Translations under genes and position numbers: made by a program
Shown here: in pieces, positions 1 to 13,200 of the stretch
Position numbering within the stretch: position 1 is the stretch's first letter
Layout: each line of letters starts with the position of its first letter
NCBI GenBank assembly: GCA_002633005.1
Contig: NMRA01000243.1
Coordinates: 138,783-202,782 of the forward strand
DNA from: Phoronis australis
Lineage: Eukaryota > Animalia > Phoronida
Direction of reading: 5' to 3'
DNA: 64,000 nt
Notes under the pieces: model-generated
The model's input: the letters and a program-made list of their open reading frames with translations, nothing else
What the model was told of the DNA's origin: nothing
The model's database searches: none

Positions 1-236
1 GAAAAAACTAAACCAAGAGACTCGTTGGAAGAGGTGCGCGTTGCTACCTAGTTTTGAATGGGCAGTTTTGATTATCTCTGCTCTGCAATTTGCAGCACAC
101 TTTCCATGCAGATGAATACAGTGCATTGATGTCCAAGGTAAATCTAAAACTATAATTAATGGGCAAAATTCTGTCCAAATCTGAAATAGGTCTCGTTGTT
201 AAAACTGATCGTTGAATGTAGCGACTAACGTAAGTC

Positions 237-388
237 CATGGGCGGATCCAGGATTTTGAGTTGGGGGGAGGGGCAAGGCAGAGTATTAGCCAGGATTTTC
301 CCGTCAGACATTCGCACCCCGTACTGCCAAATGGAATCTGGGAGAATTTTAGAGGGGGCGGCATGGCCCCCCTCTAAATCCGCCACTG
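237..388. mobile_element. MITE family A (CAGKGGCGGAT-type TIRs, 5-bp TSD)
   Basis: catgggcggatcc...atccgccactg, flanked by aagtc/aagtc. Confidence 0.85.
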
Positions 389-1106
389 AAGTCTACCAAA
401 ATTCACGATGACTCGAGTACCTGACTGAATAATAATGGAAATGTGCCAATACTTGCTGACGGGTACACGTCAACTTGCCAGTATGTAACAAACAGATACA
501 ACCCTATCTTCACACCATCTTAAAACCCGTCACGTACCACGCTTAGAACTTGGCTTGAAGGTTCGCTTGGATTGCCAAATAAACAACTTTTGTGGCACGT
601 GATGGGCTTGGGCGTCGCGTCTAAAAATTTCAATGGCTCATTAAAGAAAACGACAGCTACTCTGTCGCGGTGAATCACTCTCCTTACCGATCCTCTTGAA
701 TATCACAGATTGAAATTCTTTCAAAGTCTCACGAAATGCAATCGACAGCTTAAGTGCGATTCCTAAACGTCCTAAACATTGAGATCATATAGGCCTAGCA
801 AGTGTTCTACTGTGCTTGAATGCACTGATAACGTAACGGGTGAGCGCTTCATCATTGTGACGTATTAACTGACAGGCTTTGGACTATTAAATAACCGAAA
901 CCTGCACCATAGTCGTCATAGTCGTCGTCATCGTCGTCTTCATCGTCGTCACCACCTTTCAGAATCATCCCCCTGTTGACAATGTGTGCCTGCACGCCGC
1001 GAACGACAGTCACAGGATTTCCATCGTCAGACGCAATAATTATGAGTGTTCACTTCTTCATTGAAGTAACAATTGTGCTATCAAGGACCTCGTCAAACGA
1101 TCGCGG

Positions 1107-1291
1107 TTAATATTCACATCCACATTCTGTGACCCTCAGTCGCAGTGTCCTCTCAACGAGAGTTGTTTCCCCCTCTTTCCGGTACAGGAATACGTCTTCC
1201 GCCACTTCCGTTGGTGAACAGCAATTAGACATTTGGAGATCCGTCCTATCTGTAAGCTCTCGCAATGGTTGTGTGTAAGTCGGATCAAGAC
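1107..1291 (-). CDS. TGF-beta ligand exon 3 (C-terminal half of cystine knot); absent from ORF track
   Basis: Acceptor ttttcacag. Translates (G)LDPTYTQPLRELTDRTDLQMSNCCSPTEVAEDVFLYRKEGETTLVERTLRLRVTECGCEY*, with the CCxP and CxC motifs. Confidence 0.93.
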
Positions 1292-4200
1292 CTGTGAAAA
1301 TAAGATGGATATCTTGAGAGAAAGTAGAACTTCAAGGTATTATATTATTCACTGTGAAAAGGGTCAACAAGCATGCGTTAATTTTGAATTAAAAACGCCG
1401 GTACCCAACTCAACTGAGGACCTGCGTGGTTGCTTTCCGTAAACCCTAGAGTCTCGCGAAAAACGCAAGACTTCACGACATATCGCAATGCATCACAACA
1501 GAAGCACGTGGAAAGCAGCCCTGTCCCGCCGCCGTGGAAATGGTTGCATTCAAGTCACTTGGCATTCTTATCCCCCGAACACCCGGCCTATGCTCGGCAC
1601 CTTTGTTCGTTTGTTCGTGCGTAAAATGCCCTCGCATTAGAACCACATTAACTGAAAATATCAAGTCGCCCATTGTGGAAACAGTCTTACTTATTTCCGT
1701 TTTCATTTCACTTTTTGGGAAAACGTATTCTTATATTTGCCAGTAAGGATTCCTGAATCTCCTGTTTATTTCAAACAACAACCGAGTAAAAAAGTTTAAC
1801 ATAATAAACTTTATTTTTGGTCCCCATGCACATCTCACTGTCCATAAATAAATCACTGGTGGGGAAGTTGGGTAAAATTTTGTGTGATATGTGGGACTCA
1901 AACTATTGGGCGAGTAAGACTCAAAACTACGTTTAGACGGTTTTATTGGTTGAACTTCTGGTGTAACCCTGCAGTTGTGTGGCACACTAATCGTTTGTCG
2001 TCAAGTGACATAATTCTAACTACTTTAAAATTAGCGTTCAAGACTTTGTATCCGTTGCGAATGCGAAATTGCAGATTTTTTACTAACTGTTTTACGTCAT
2101 CTGTGCACAATGAATTACTGTGAACATGGGTGTTTGTGAAATACGAATTCTTTATGTAAAATGTGATGTTCCTTATTAGATGCTGTCAATAAGTACTGGG
2201 AAGTACATTAATTTTCCCCTTTATAGTTGCAGTTTTATTTTTACGTTAACTTCCTTATCTACCCAGTTCTCTGACGAATTTTCATGAAAATTGGCAAAGT
2301 GATTCTATTGTTGACGGCCTTTCTAGCCGGCAAACGGATTCTACGTAATCTGCGCCACCTAGTGGCCATTATTATTATTTTTCCTTCTGTTTTTTGACGT
2401 CCGCCGAGTCGAAAGGAAAACATGAAAATTCTCAGGTGTGTTCGTATTGAGATGACCACGGCTGACGTTGGTCGAGCTACTGTGGTGCCGCTTTGTGGCG
2501 ATTTATTTTTTCTTTAGACAGGCTTCTAAATCTCCCAAGTAGTCCTTAATGGATTTCCGTAGAATTTGACAAGTAGGTTTCTATTAAGGTTGGTGGACCA
2601 TAGTTTGATTCAAATTAAACAGAATTATTTGTTTGGTCTTTACCTTATGGTACAAAAAATCCTCAAAGCCACGGGTCCTTGTATTCTCTTACAATAATAA
2701 TTGGTGACACCAGTTTTACTGTTGATGAGTGAGGACTTATTGAAGTCCCCTAAAACTTAGGATGTGATACACCTGTCAGAAATTTGGGCGTGTACCCCAA
2801 GTAGTATTAAATGCCATCGAAATGGAGAAATGTTTACCTGGCATAAATGCATGAGTGCAGTTCCCTTTGCAGAATTTCGTAGTGAAGGTTCTTGGTTGAA
2901 TAATAAACGACCAGCCAATGTCAACGAAACTGAAAGTCAGCTCTTGACCACAACAGCTTGTCTGTCCACTTTCGCACGTATACCTTTGTGAATTACGTCT
3001 GGACCGACGGGAGTGTCGTTTGCTTCCAAATGTCAAAACTAAGTTAACCTCTTCCGCGGCAGTTTTTATTGGAGATTCGTTCTCAGCATTTTGACACGTT
3101 TTACAGCTCAATTCAAGGCCAATCTTGGTTCGACCTCGCTTTATCCGTTTTTCTATCTCGGACTTGTGAAGTTCAATGTTCATTATCTCTGGTCTTCCCG
3201 ATACAGACGATGTCGCGTATTCGTCTGCTATTCGTTGGTCCGCGTGGTTGTGGCTCTTCAGTAGGCGAACCACGTATTTCTGTTTGAAGTTGAGCCTGTC
3301 ACCAGCGTCAGGTCGTCTCCAAACGGCAAGTTTTACAGATTTCAATTGACGATATTTAGTAACCTTTCTGAGTGAAGACACCTTGAAATATATGCACACC
3401 GACGGCTTGCGATGGACGTGTTTAGGACATTTCCTTTCTGAAAAAGAAAATTTTGATAGATAAGGTTTTTAATAGGGATAATAACTGTAGTAGTTGTGGC
3501 AGCAAGACTCTGGTATTGGTGGTGATGATGCCAGTGACGATGAAGATGATGACTAAGATCAGGGTCGGATCCAGAATTTTGAGTTAGGGGTGTCAGGGCA
3601 GAGTATTAGCCAGGATATTTCCCGTCAGGCATTCGCAGCCCCAAACTGCCAAATAGAATCTGGGAGAATTTTAGAGGGCCATGGCTCCCTGCCCCCCACC
3701 CTCACTTCCTAAATCCGCCACTCAAGATGATAAGTTCGTTTTAAATACGGTGTACAAAACCCTTCAAAAAGTAACCCAAATTATATAGTTATTTTAACAG
3801 ACAGAAACATGTTAGTTGAAAAACCTATGTTACTGCTTTACTGGGCGAGTCACTGGAGTTCAACGTTGTCGTGTAAAGGTTTCATCATGTTAACGAGTTC
3901 ACCGTGAAGTTACCATTTGAGTACCCGACAGAACTTTTTGCGTCCCAGACTGTCCTGCTTACTCGGCTAAATCGCAATCAAGGAGAGTTGACTGTGTTAC
4001 GGCCTAAAATAATTTTTTTTGGTCACTCACCAAATGTCAACTGAATATCATATGCGAAGAATTGTTTAGTTTTGCAAATTAAAAAAAGAATCATCGAAAT
4101 CGGACTGGGAATAACTTGAGTCACTTTCAGAATCATTTAGATGAAGTTGTGCTGAATCATTGAGAAATGGTAGGGTTCATCATAAAACAGGCACTCGTTA

Positions 4201-7200
4201 CGAAATTTGTAAATTCTGTGTTTCTAACCCTCACCTACTGTAAAGAAGGTTAAAAACTAAAGTTCACACTCTGTAATAAAATGTAATAAAAAGAACTACA
4301 GAATATGTTAGCCTAGGCAACACAGCAAATTATTCAATATTTAAACAAACCAAAAGTTTGGGTATTGACTGAGTTCTGCTATGTTGAAAATGGGCCAAAA
4401 AGGCTAACAAAATGTAGTGTACGTACCCCCATGTGGAATTCAGAAACATAAATGCTCATTGCAAATGATATTATTGCCTTTTAAATAACAACATGGTGCT
4501 TATTATCATCAAAGAAAAATAAATGGCCATACAACATTATGTTACCATGTGAGGCAGAATTCGTGATGTAGTGTACGTACCTCCTTTTGTAGTGTACGTA
4601 CCCTTCCGTGTCCCGTGAACCTCTTCTGTGAGAGTACCCCCGAGTGCAAGAGCTTTGTTTTGTAATTCGTGTGTATGCAGATAATACACGCATTTGTTTG
4701 TGGAGATGATTGTTGTCTGATATCAGCTTTCGTCTGGCCTAGAATTCTGAGGCGATATAATGTGTGACAAAGTGATTTATTTGTCTGGCGTTATTGGCAA
4801 CTCGCAATAGTCATTGGGGGTCTTCTCTTCTGTGTAATGGACCGGGAAGTGCCGTATAAAATATATATCATCGGGTAATAGTCGCTTACAGAAGTTCCAC
4901 CTTTTGAGAACCAGTTTTCTCCACCGAACATCTGACGAAGTCTCTGCCTTTGTGCTACAAATTTCATAGGATTTGGGGCATGGGAGTCCGTCTCTCCATA
5001 GACGGCGCCCTAGTATAGGCCTATCGTTTTTATGGCAAGGTGATGATTATTATCATTCGTGCAGAGGCCTCGGCGAGGAATTAGCAGTACCCCAGGAATC
5101 GATACCACTAGAGCCTTAGCCACCAGTCGTGCTGAATATCATGCCGTCGGCTGAGCCCAATCACCCGTAAATAGCGGAGTTTTAAAACTGTGAATATTAA
5201 AATTTGTAGCAAACGCCACCTAGTGACTTCCTAGAGAAATGTGTGTACAAGTACAATCAGGAAAAGAAACAATTTGTAAGTAATTTACGGTTTTAAAGAA
5301 AACACCTCAACTAATACACTTAAAGGAGAATGCCACCCAATTTTATTAGTCTTTTTACCGTCTTAATCGGTCTATATAGACATCGCCTTGCACACGGTCG
5401 ACCTAACCTTGCCGAGAGGTGTCGCGTTAACCTGCAAGGAAGGTGAGAAACGACGCAGCGACGTCAGTGGTTCATCTGCACGGAGTGAATGCCGCTATGT
5501 TGCGGTGCGTCGTTCCCGCTTGCCTGAAATATAGAGCTGCGAGGAAAGCGGTATATCGTTTTTTTTGGACTTCCTCGAGAAACCCAATTGCTTAGGAAGT
5601 GGCTCGCGGTAGTGAAGAATGAAAAGTACGCAAGCATGAGGCCGTGAAACATCTCCGTGTCTTTGGCCGACATTTCGTCGACAGTGATTTCTCTGATGAA
5701 TGCCGGCTTATCAAAGAACTATCCATACGTTCCGCTGCCTGAGTACGTTCATGGCGCCTCTCTAGTATTTCTTGATCAGTGTATTCCGGTTCGAACTGAT
5801 AGCCTAGCTGTGAAACCTAACGATCCACGTCGGATGAGCTCTCGTCTAAGTCGGCCATTGCGAGTTGCCATGTTGACGTTTATTATTCTGCGTTGGAATG
5901 AATTATTCTCATCCTAACCAATGCTTATATAAAACTGAAACAAAGTCTGTCTCATTAGATACAATTTGCAATGCCTTAGGAGTATTCGTGAGTGCAAATG
6001 TTTTGAGAAGCCAGCAATGAATAAACCACTGCGTTACCGGCTTGAGATGCAAGGCACAGAGCCCGTGTGAGCGCATGCCAATTCAGTGTTTGCATACAGA
6101 AAGTTGTTGTGAAACAATAACTCGATCTCATGTGCTTTGGTCACATGTTTAGGGAATCTTTATTTAGATATACAAATACATTATTCAAATCATTGTTACT
6201 GCACAACCTTTGACCTGACGGTTCTGCGGAACCTCAGTGACTTCGCGGCCCCCGACAAGTATGTAGATTTTCAGTTTCGTGGCTAATTCACCAAAATAAT
6301 TACGTGCACGTTATTTCTTTGGCTCACTATAATAGTCTTTTCGTGACTAGAGGATTAGTTTCCAACTCAAGCTGGTTTATGTTCGTGATGTCTTATCCCG
6401 CGGCCGGCTGCCGCGACGGGCCTGATCGGGTTCCGAGCCACTGGCTGGGATAACAAGCGTTTGTGAGTGTAGAACTGAAAAAATCGCAAGTCTAAACTTA
6501 CAATACACAGCTATTTTCTCCTGTCTGTATTTCATGGAAGAATGATTCGAATTTATCACTAACCAGACTCAAACTCCCGCGACCGACCATGGTAAATTGG
6601 CCTACCGAACTCTGTAGGCTACGGTACGTTCAAATATCTATAAATCCGTAACAGTGAAATAAAACAACATGTTTCTTCAAGAACTCGATGTATTTGTAAC
6701 GGTTTTACTTCCGATTTTGATGATTTATTGGTGTAAAACGATGATTTCAAGCTATATTTGACACCAGTAAGAGTGTCGTGAACAGCTGAACAGACTGCGT
6801 TCGAACCGATTACGTCATTGGTTAATTTCAACACCTCCGTCTGCCGTCAGGTGTCAGGTAAAACAACTGAATTTGCTGTTATCGAGTTGAACTACTCGAC
6901 CTCAATCGATAGGTTGTTTTGGGTGGCATTCTCAGTGCTTTAAAACAAGTATGGACGTATAAAAACCCTAGTAATTCTAAATATTGCGCAATTGTTATTT
7001 GATAGTGAAATAAAAAATAAAAATTGTGAATTGTTTCATTAGGGTAACGATGAAATATTACCATACAAATTTACATAAAATAGTCTCACAAAACGAAACT
7101 TTCGCGAAATTGTAATGGTAACTGGTTCTCGGATGGTTTCCGGCACACTGGAAGACACGGGGATGTTTCTAAATTAGTACTTCATATTCACCATTTAATG

Positions 7201-10200
7201 AGACTCTGCATCTTTAAGCGTATTTAAAGGGTAAAAAACGCCGGCCTTGATTTCAGTGATTGTCTGGCTGACAATGGCGAGAATTGGCGATTTGTAAGAA
7301 GATCACAAAGTTATTTTGTTGTTTTATAGCTCAAGTGAAAGCTACGCGTAATAACTGCAAGAAGTCTATCCCATCCATCAATATTAATTTCAAGAAGTCT
7401 ATCGCATCCAACAATAATAACTGCAAGAAGTCTATCCCATCCATCAATATTAATTTCAAGAAGTCTATCCCATCCAACAAAATCCCATCCAACAATAATA
7501 ACTTCAACATGTCTATCCCATCAACAATAATAATTTCAATAAGTCTATCTCATCCAACAGTAATAACTTCAAGAAGTCTATCCATCCAACTATAATAATT
7601 TCAATAAGTCTCCCATCCAACAATAATAATTTCAATAAGTCTATCCCATCCAACAATAAGAATTTCAAGAAGTCTATTCCATCCAACAATAATAATTTCA
7701 AGAAGTCTACCCCATCCATCAATATTAATTTCAAGAAGTCTATCCCATCCAACAATAATAATTTCAACAGGTCTATCCCATCCAACAATAATAATTTCAA
7801 TTAGTCTATCCCATCCAACAATAATAATTTCAAGAAGCCTATCCCATCTAAAAATAATAATTCCAATAAGCCTATCCCANCAATAAGTCTATCCCATCCA
7901 ACAGTAATAACTTCAAGAACTCTATCCATCCAACTATAATAATTTCAATAAGTCTCCCATCCAACAATAATATTTTCAATAAGTCTATCCCATCCAACAA
8001 TAAGAATTTCAAGAAGTCTATTCCATCCAACAATAATAATTTCAAGAAGTCTACCCCATCCATCAATATTAATTTCAAGAAGTCTATCCCATCCAACAAT
8101 AATAATTTCAACAGGTCTATCCCATCCAACAATAATAATTTCAATTAGTCTATCCCATCCAACAACAATAATTTCAAGAAGCCTATCCCATCTAAAAATA
8201 ATAATTCCAATAAGCCTATCCCATCCAACAATAATAATTTCAATAAGTCTATCCCATCCAACAATAATAATTTCAAGAAGTCAATCCCATCCAACAATAA
8301 TAATTTCAAGATGTCTGTCCTATCCAACAATAATAACTTCAACAAGTCTGTCCCATACAACAATAATAACTTCAAGATGTCTATCCCATCCAACAATAAT
8401 AATTTCAAGAAGTCTATCCCATCCAACAATAATAATTTCAAGATGTGTGTCCTATCCAACAATAATAACTTCAACAAGTCTATCCCATCCAACAATAATA
8501 ATTTCAAGAAGTCTGTCCTATCCAACAATAATAATTTTAAGATATCTATCCCATCCAACAATAATCACGAAATGCGTTTTCTGGCCGTAAAAACCTTAAT
8601 GTGTCTTTAATGCGTAAATTATAAACCAAAGCACTTCTCGAAATGCGAATCGGGTCACCCCTTCACAACAGACTGGATCCACAGGGGGCCCGGTCGCCAT
8701 AGAGCCAAATTATTCACCGCAGACGAACCAAAGGCAAATTGTACACTCGAGACAATGTCCGACAACTCAAAATACAAATCCCAGTTGATGGTCCGGCTTT
8801 CTCTACCTCACACATCTATAATAACCCCAAACCTATTTAACGTGTGAGTTGCCCCCGGTGCAATGATTTCCAAACTTATTTATGACAGTACGAAGCGGAA
8901 ACTCTGCTAAGCGTTACATCAATTGCAGCATGCCAAATAGCACGCCCTATCAATACTTTGCCTTCTTCAAAGTCACAAAGTTTACCCGTGTTCGTGCTTT
9001 TTTGTTTATTTAACTATTTTCGGCTCATTCAGCAAAAAATAGGCAGTGTTCAGTTATCAATGTCCTACATGACAACGAGGTCACCACATGTTGACGAAAT
9101 TCCCAGGGTTGCAGCCCATCAGCTGTTCAAATATTGGGTTAGTGTGTAATTCAATTCCCGAATCAGCTGATGTATTCTAGAAGCAACAATGACACTCGTG
9201 CCAGCAACTCTTGAGAATTTTTTCTGCAAATAACCAATGCCATCAATCATAATTGTTTAGATAACTAACTTGGAAGATGAGAAATTTAACAGTTGCCTTG
9301 TTATGCAATTTCGACATTTCTTGCTTACACGTGTCTGCATTGGTTGTCAGTCATCTCAGGAATTTTAGACAAGGTTACGCCCGTATACGGTAGAAGGCGT
9401 TCGATCAGAATGTTGGAAATTATTCTCTTTCCATGTCTTTATTTTTCGTATTACCATGTTGCTCGCTCACTAGAGTTTAGATTGCCCATTGGATTGGCAT
9501 TTGACAGTCGAAAATAACGAAAATGTGTATGGCTTGATTCGAAATTGAGAAGTTATGCTATGGGGTATCAAATTTCAGCTGCATATAAGGTTGATACAAA
9601 ACAGGACGCGATTGTTAAAAGAACACCATGCAATGTGAAGTAACCATGCACACCTGTGATTTACATAAACTACTGTTGATATACACCATAGTCAAATTTA
9701 CGACTCGTGGCCTACATGGCAGTCTAGGCACGTACGCCCATGTTTATTATGTCATATTTCATTCGTAAATTAAACAATAATCGAATTCAAGGAATTTAGT
9801 GAAAGGTTTTGAGGGTTTTTATAGGCAGTATTAAAGAAACTATTTTGAGGAACCAACGCATAGGCAGATCCAGGGTGGTTACGGGGTCCGAACATACCCT
9901 TTTCCCTTGATTTTGATGATATCAAATCTAGAATTCTTTAAGTTAATGATTTGGATCTCCTTTTTAAAAACTCCTTGATCCGACACCTCCCCTTTTAAAA
10001 ATCCTGGATCCGCCCTTGTAATGAATCCACATTTTTGTTTTCTGATTTACTTAGTTCTTACTAGTTTCCTAAATAAGTTCTGCTGATTGCAAAACGTGTT
10101 TTTTAGTCTAAATCTTTACCGATTTAGGTTTGATTGAAGAAGATCTTAATGTTACAGTTTTTTTATTTGCCTTGGCCTGCGTGGTGTGTTTATTCCTCGT

Positions 10201-13200
10201 CCGCGGCTGGTTGATTTACGACGTGTTCTCTGATTGAAGATACTCCTTCCGGTTCATTTTAATCAAATTCTTAAACTAAGTTCGCCAAAGATTGCTCCCA
10301 AATGTTCTTTCAACGTGACGCCATTTTTTTAAAATAAACTGAATTTAGTGAGTAAATTGATATTAGGCGGCTGTAAACCAGCGTTCCGTGTAAGAACTTT
10401 TGATTTAGACAACTCGTCGCTATAAAACTTGCTCTAAACTTGAATGATTGTGAACTTTATTTTTACGAGCGTTTGTGGGAAAACTGTAATGACATACAAA
10501 CAATGTAGGGCTGGAATTTGCGAATTGTTCGTCTTTTACTGATACCTTTAGATTGACGGACTCGTGTTGCGTTCTTAATAAGAAACAAATTAAGAGGGCA
10601 TCGTTAATAACGCGTTATATAATACCATGCTTGTTGCTAGGAAGACTTAATAGTCTTTACTAGAATAGTTGTTGGCACGTGCACATAATTATTTTTGAAG
10701 ATTGTGCTAAATGCAAGGAATCGCATCGAGCGTCTATTTCAGATTGATTTGTGGCATTTGTTTTCCGAAAATAAAATCGGAGAATATTTTTCTAATTAGA
10801 TAGTCCTGAGATAACCTACGTCATTTGTCAGTCAGTCGTTACAGCGAATGCATGCGTGTACATTTGAGCGATACACCTTGGTTGTAATAATATTTATATT
10901 AAATTCCTATGTCGACACATTTTGATCACGTGGTGCCCATGTGTTCCAAACGGCTGTTATGATTTAGTAGTCACCTGCCACATATTTTCACACTAATGTT
11001 TGATGTAAACACGTTTTGCGGCCCGTAAAATGAGCGTTACCATTGTTTCTATAGTCATCAAATCCTGCAGTAAAATTTATATGTTCTATGGCCCGCCATA
11101 AAAGGAATAACAGTATTTGTTATTTCAATAAAATATGAGTNTTAGGAAGACTTAATAGCCTTAACTAGAATAGTTGTTGGCACGTGCACATAATTATTTT
11201 TGAAGATTGCGCTAAATGCAAGGAATCGCATCGAGCGTCTATTTCAGATTGATTTGTGGCATTTGTTTTCCGAAAATAAAATCGGAGAATATTTTTCTAA
11301 TTAGATAGTCTGAGATAACCTACGTCATTTGTCAGTCAGTCGTTACAGCGAATGCATGCGTGTACATTTGAGCGATACACCTTGGTTGTAATAATATTTA
11401 TAGTAAATTCCTATGTCGACACATTTTGATCACGTGGTGCCCATGTGTTCCAAACGGCTGTTATGATTTAGTAGTCACCTGCCACATATTTTCACACTAA
11501 TGTTTGATGTAAACACGTTTTGCGGCCCGTAAAATGAGCGTTACCATTGTTTCTATAGTCATCAAATCCTGCAGTAAAATTTATATGTTCTATGGCCCGC
11601 CATAAAAGGAATAACAGTATTTGTTATTTCAATAAAATATGAGTAGATGAGAAGATTTATCTGATGTTCCGTGGTCGTAATTTCGATGAGAACATCCCAA
11701 GATGAGGAGTGGAGGGAATTTTGTTTTATGTCACCTGACATTCCACGCACAAGTCAAATACTCGAATCGAATTGTGCGGAATTATGTCAATATTGGTAAT
11801 AATGTTAATAACAACAGGAGGACAACGATGGAGATGTTAATGACGATGATAATGACACTATTGTTAACTGTGAATGATAATACGAAATATGATAAACAAT
11901 AAGAAACAATTGTTGCTCTAACGATATTCAAAGTGGTTATAAACCCGCATTTTTATGCTTTATTAATATATAGGTGAAACCGAGCTGAGGAGCTAAAAAC
12001 CTGACTCGATTTAGTTGTGTGACCCAGTGGGACTCGAACCCACGAACACGAGTAAAGAAAGCAGACACCTATCACACTAGGCCACACTGCCTTCTCTCTC
12101 AAATTGTCCCTTGATAGTCGAATTGGAGAAAATTTGAGGACTTCGGAAGAGCTGACAGTTTTGCCGCTCCTTAAGATCACGCACTCTAAGGTGGCCTGTT
12201 ACGGCGTGTCGTTTTATGCGCCGAGCTTGGTATCAATGAATGACGAACTGTCATTTCATTGAAAACCCAGACATTACTTCTCGTCTGAGTTATGAACCAA
12301 TTTAATAGCAGTATGTGGTCAAAATGAACAGCTCCCTCCTTTGGCGGTAGGCGGGGTTATATCCGCTTTAATGCATTTAGTGCAACATAAAATTGGTGCA
12401 CTATTGGCTATAGTGTGGTAAAAAATACTCGAAGTTAACCCTGAAAATTTTTAACTAATCCTACACAAGTTCATCTCCTTCAATTTAAGAATGACTTTTC
12501 TACAAAGTTCCGCTATAGTATACCTGTCAGTTTTTCCTTGGATTTTTTGTTCTTTCCAAAAAAATAGAATTTAGAATTTTGCAGAATATTTTGTTCGTTC
12601 GCTTTGGGGCCATCCTTCTGAAAATATTCTGCGTACGTCATTCACAACTGATATCGTTTCCGTTTCTGCAAGTCGTTATTAATTGGTTCCATTCATTCAA
12701 CAGTTCATTCGAAGCCAGTTAACTACAGCTGCACGCCAGATCGTGGATATTGTAGGCGTGTTTTGCAGCCGCTCAACTCCAGGAAACACAAACACAATAT
12801 GCGGTATTGCTGTAACTTACAGTACGCCAGGAATGTTTTCAGGACATACCGGGCATTCCCGTAAATGTAGGCCCAAGAGCATATTCGGACTATTTTCCAC
12901 TATAGAACCACGGGGCTGCTTTTGGGGCCTCACTTATAAGTTTATCGAGGTTTGTCGGGTTTCCCAAAATGAACAGTACCAGCGAGTTAACAACGAGACT
13001 TTATTCATGTATATAGTCAGTCAATTCCATGGGTCGGTGTATTTAGAAGCCGGTTAACCATCATGCCGTTTTAGGAATAATTTTCAACGATAAAATCATA
13101 TATCAAAGCCTATTTTGTGATGAAATTATGTTTATTGGCCCCACGTTCTCGAATGTTCGTCCGGACAAATTTGTGAAGATTCAAGAATGCCCCGTTTCTT

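Noticed and set aside
7284-8610. LRR-like ORFs (LKLLLLDGIDL)n and N-rich ORFs
   Set aside because: These are translations of a 33-bp minisatellite, open because the unit is a multiple of 3. The frames break at indels and there is no flanking domain.
10638-11644. Tandem segmental duplication in TGF-beta intron 1
   Set aside because: The junction is a single N and divergence is allele-level, the same pattern as at 7880 and 42501. Likely an assembly overlap.
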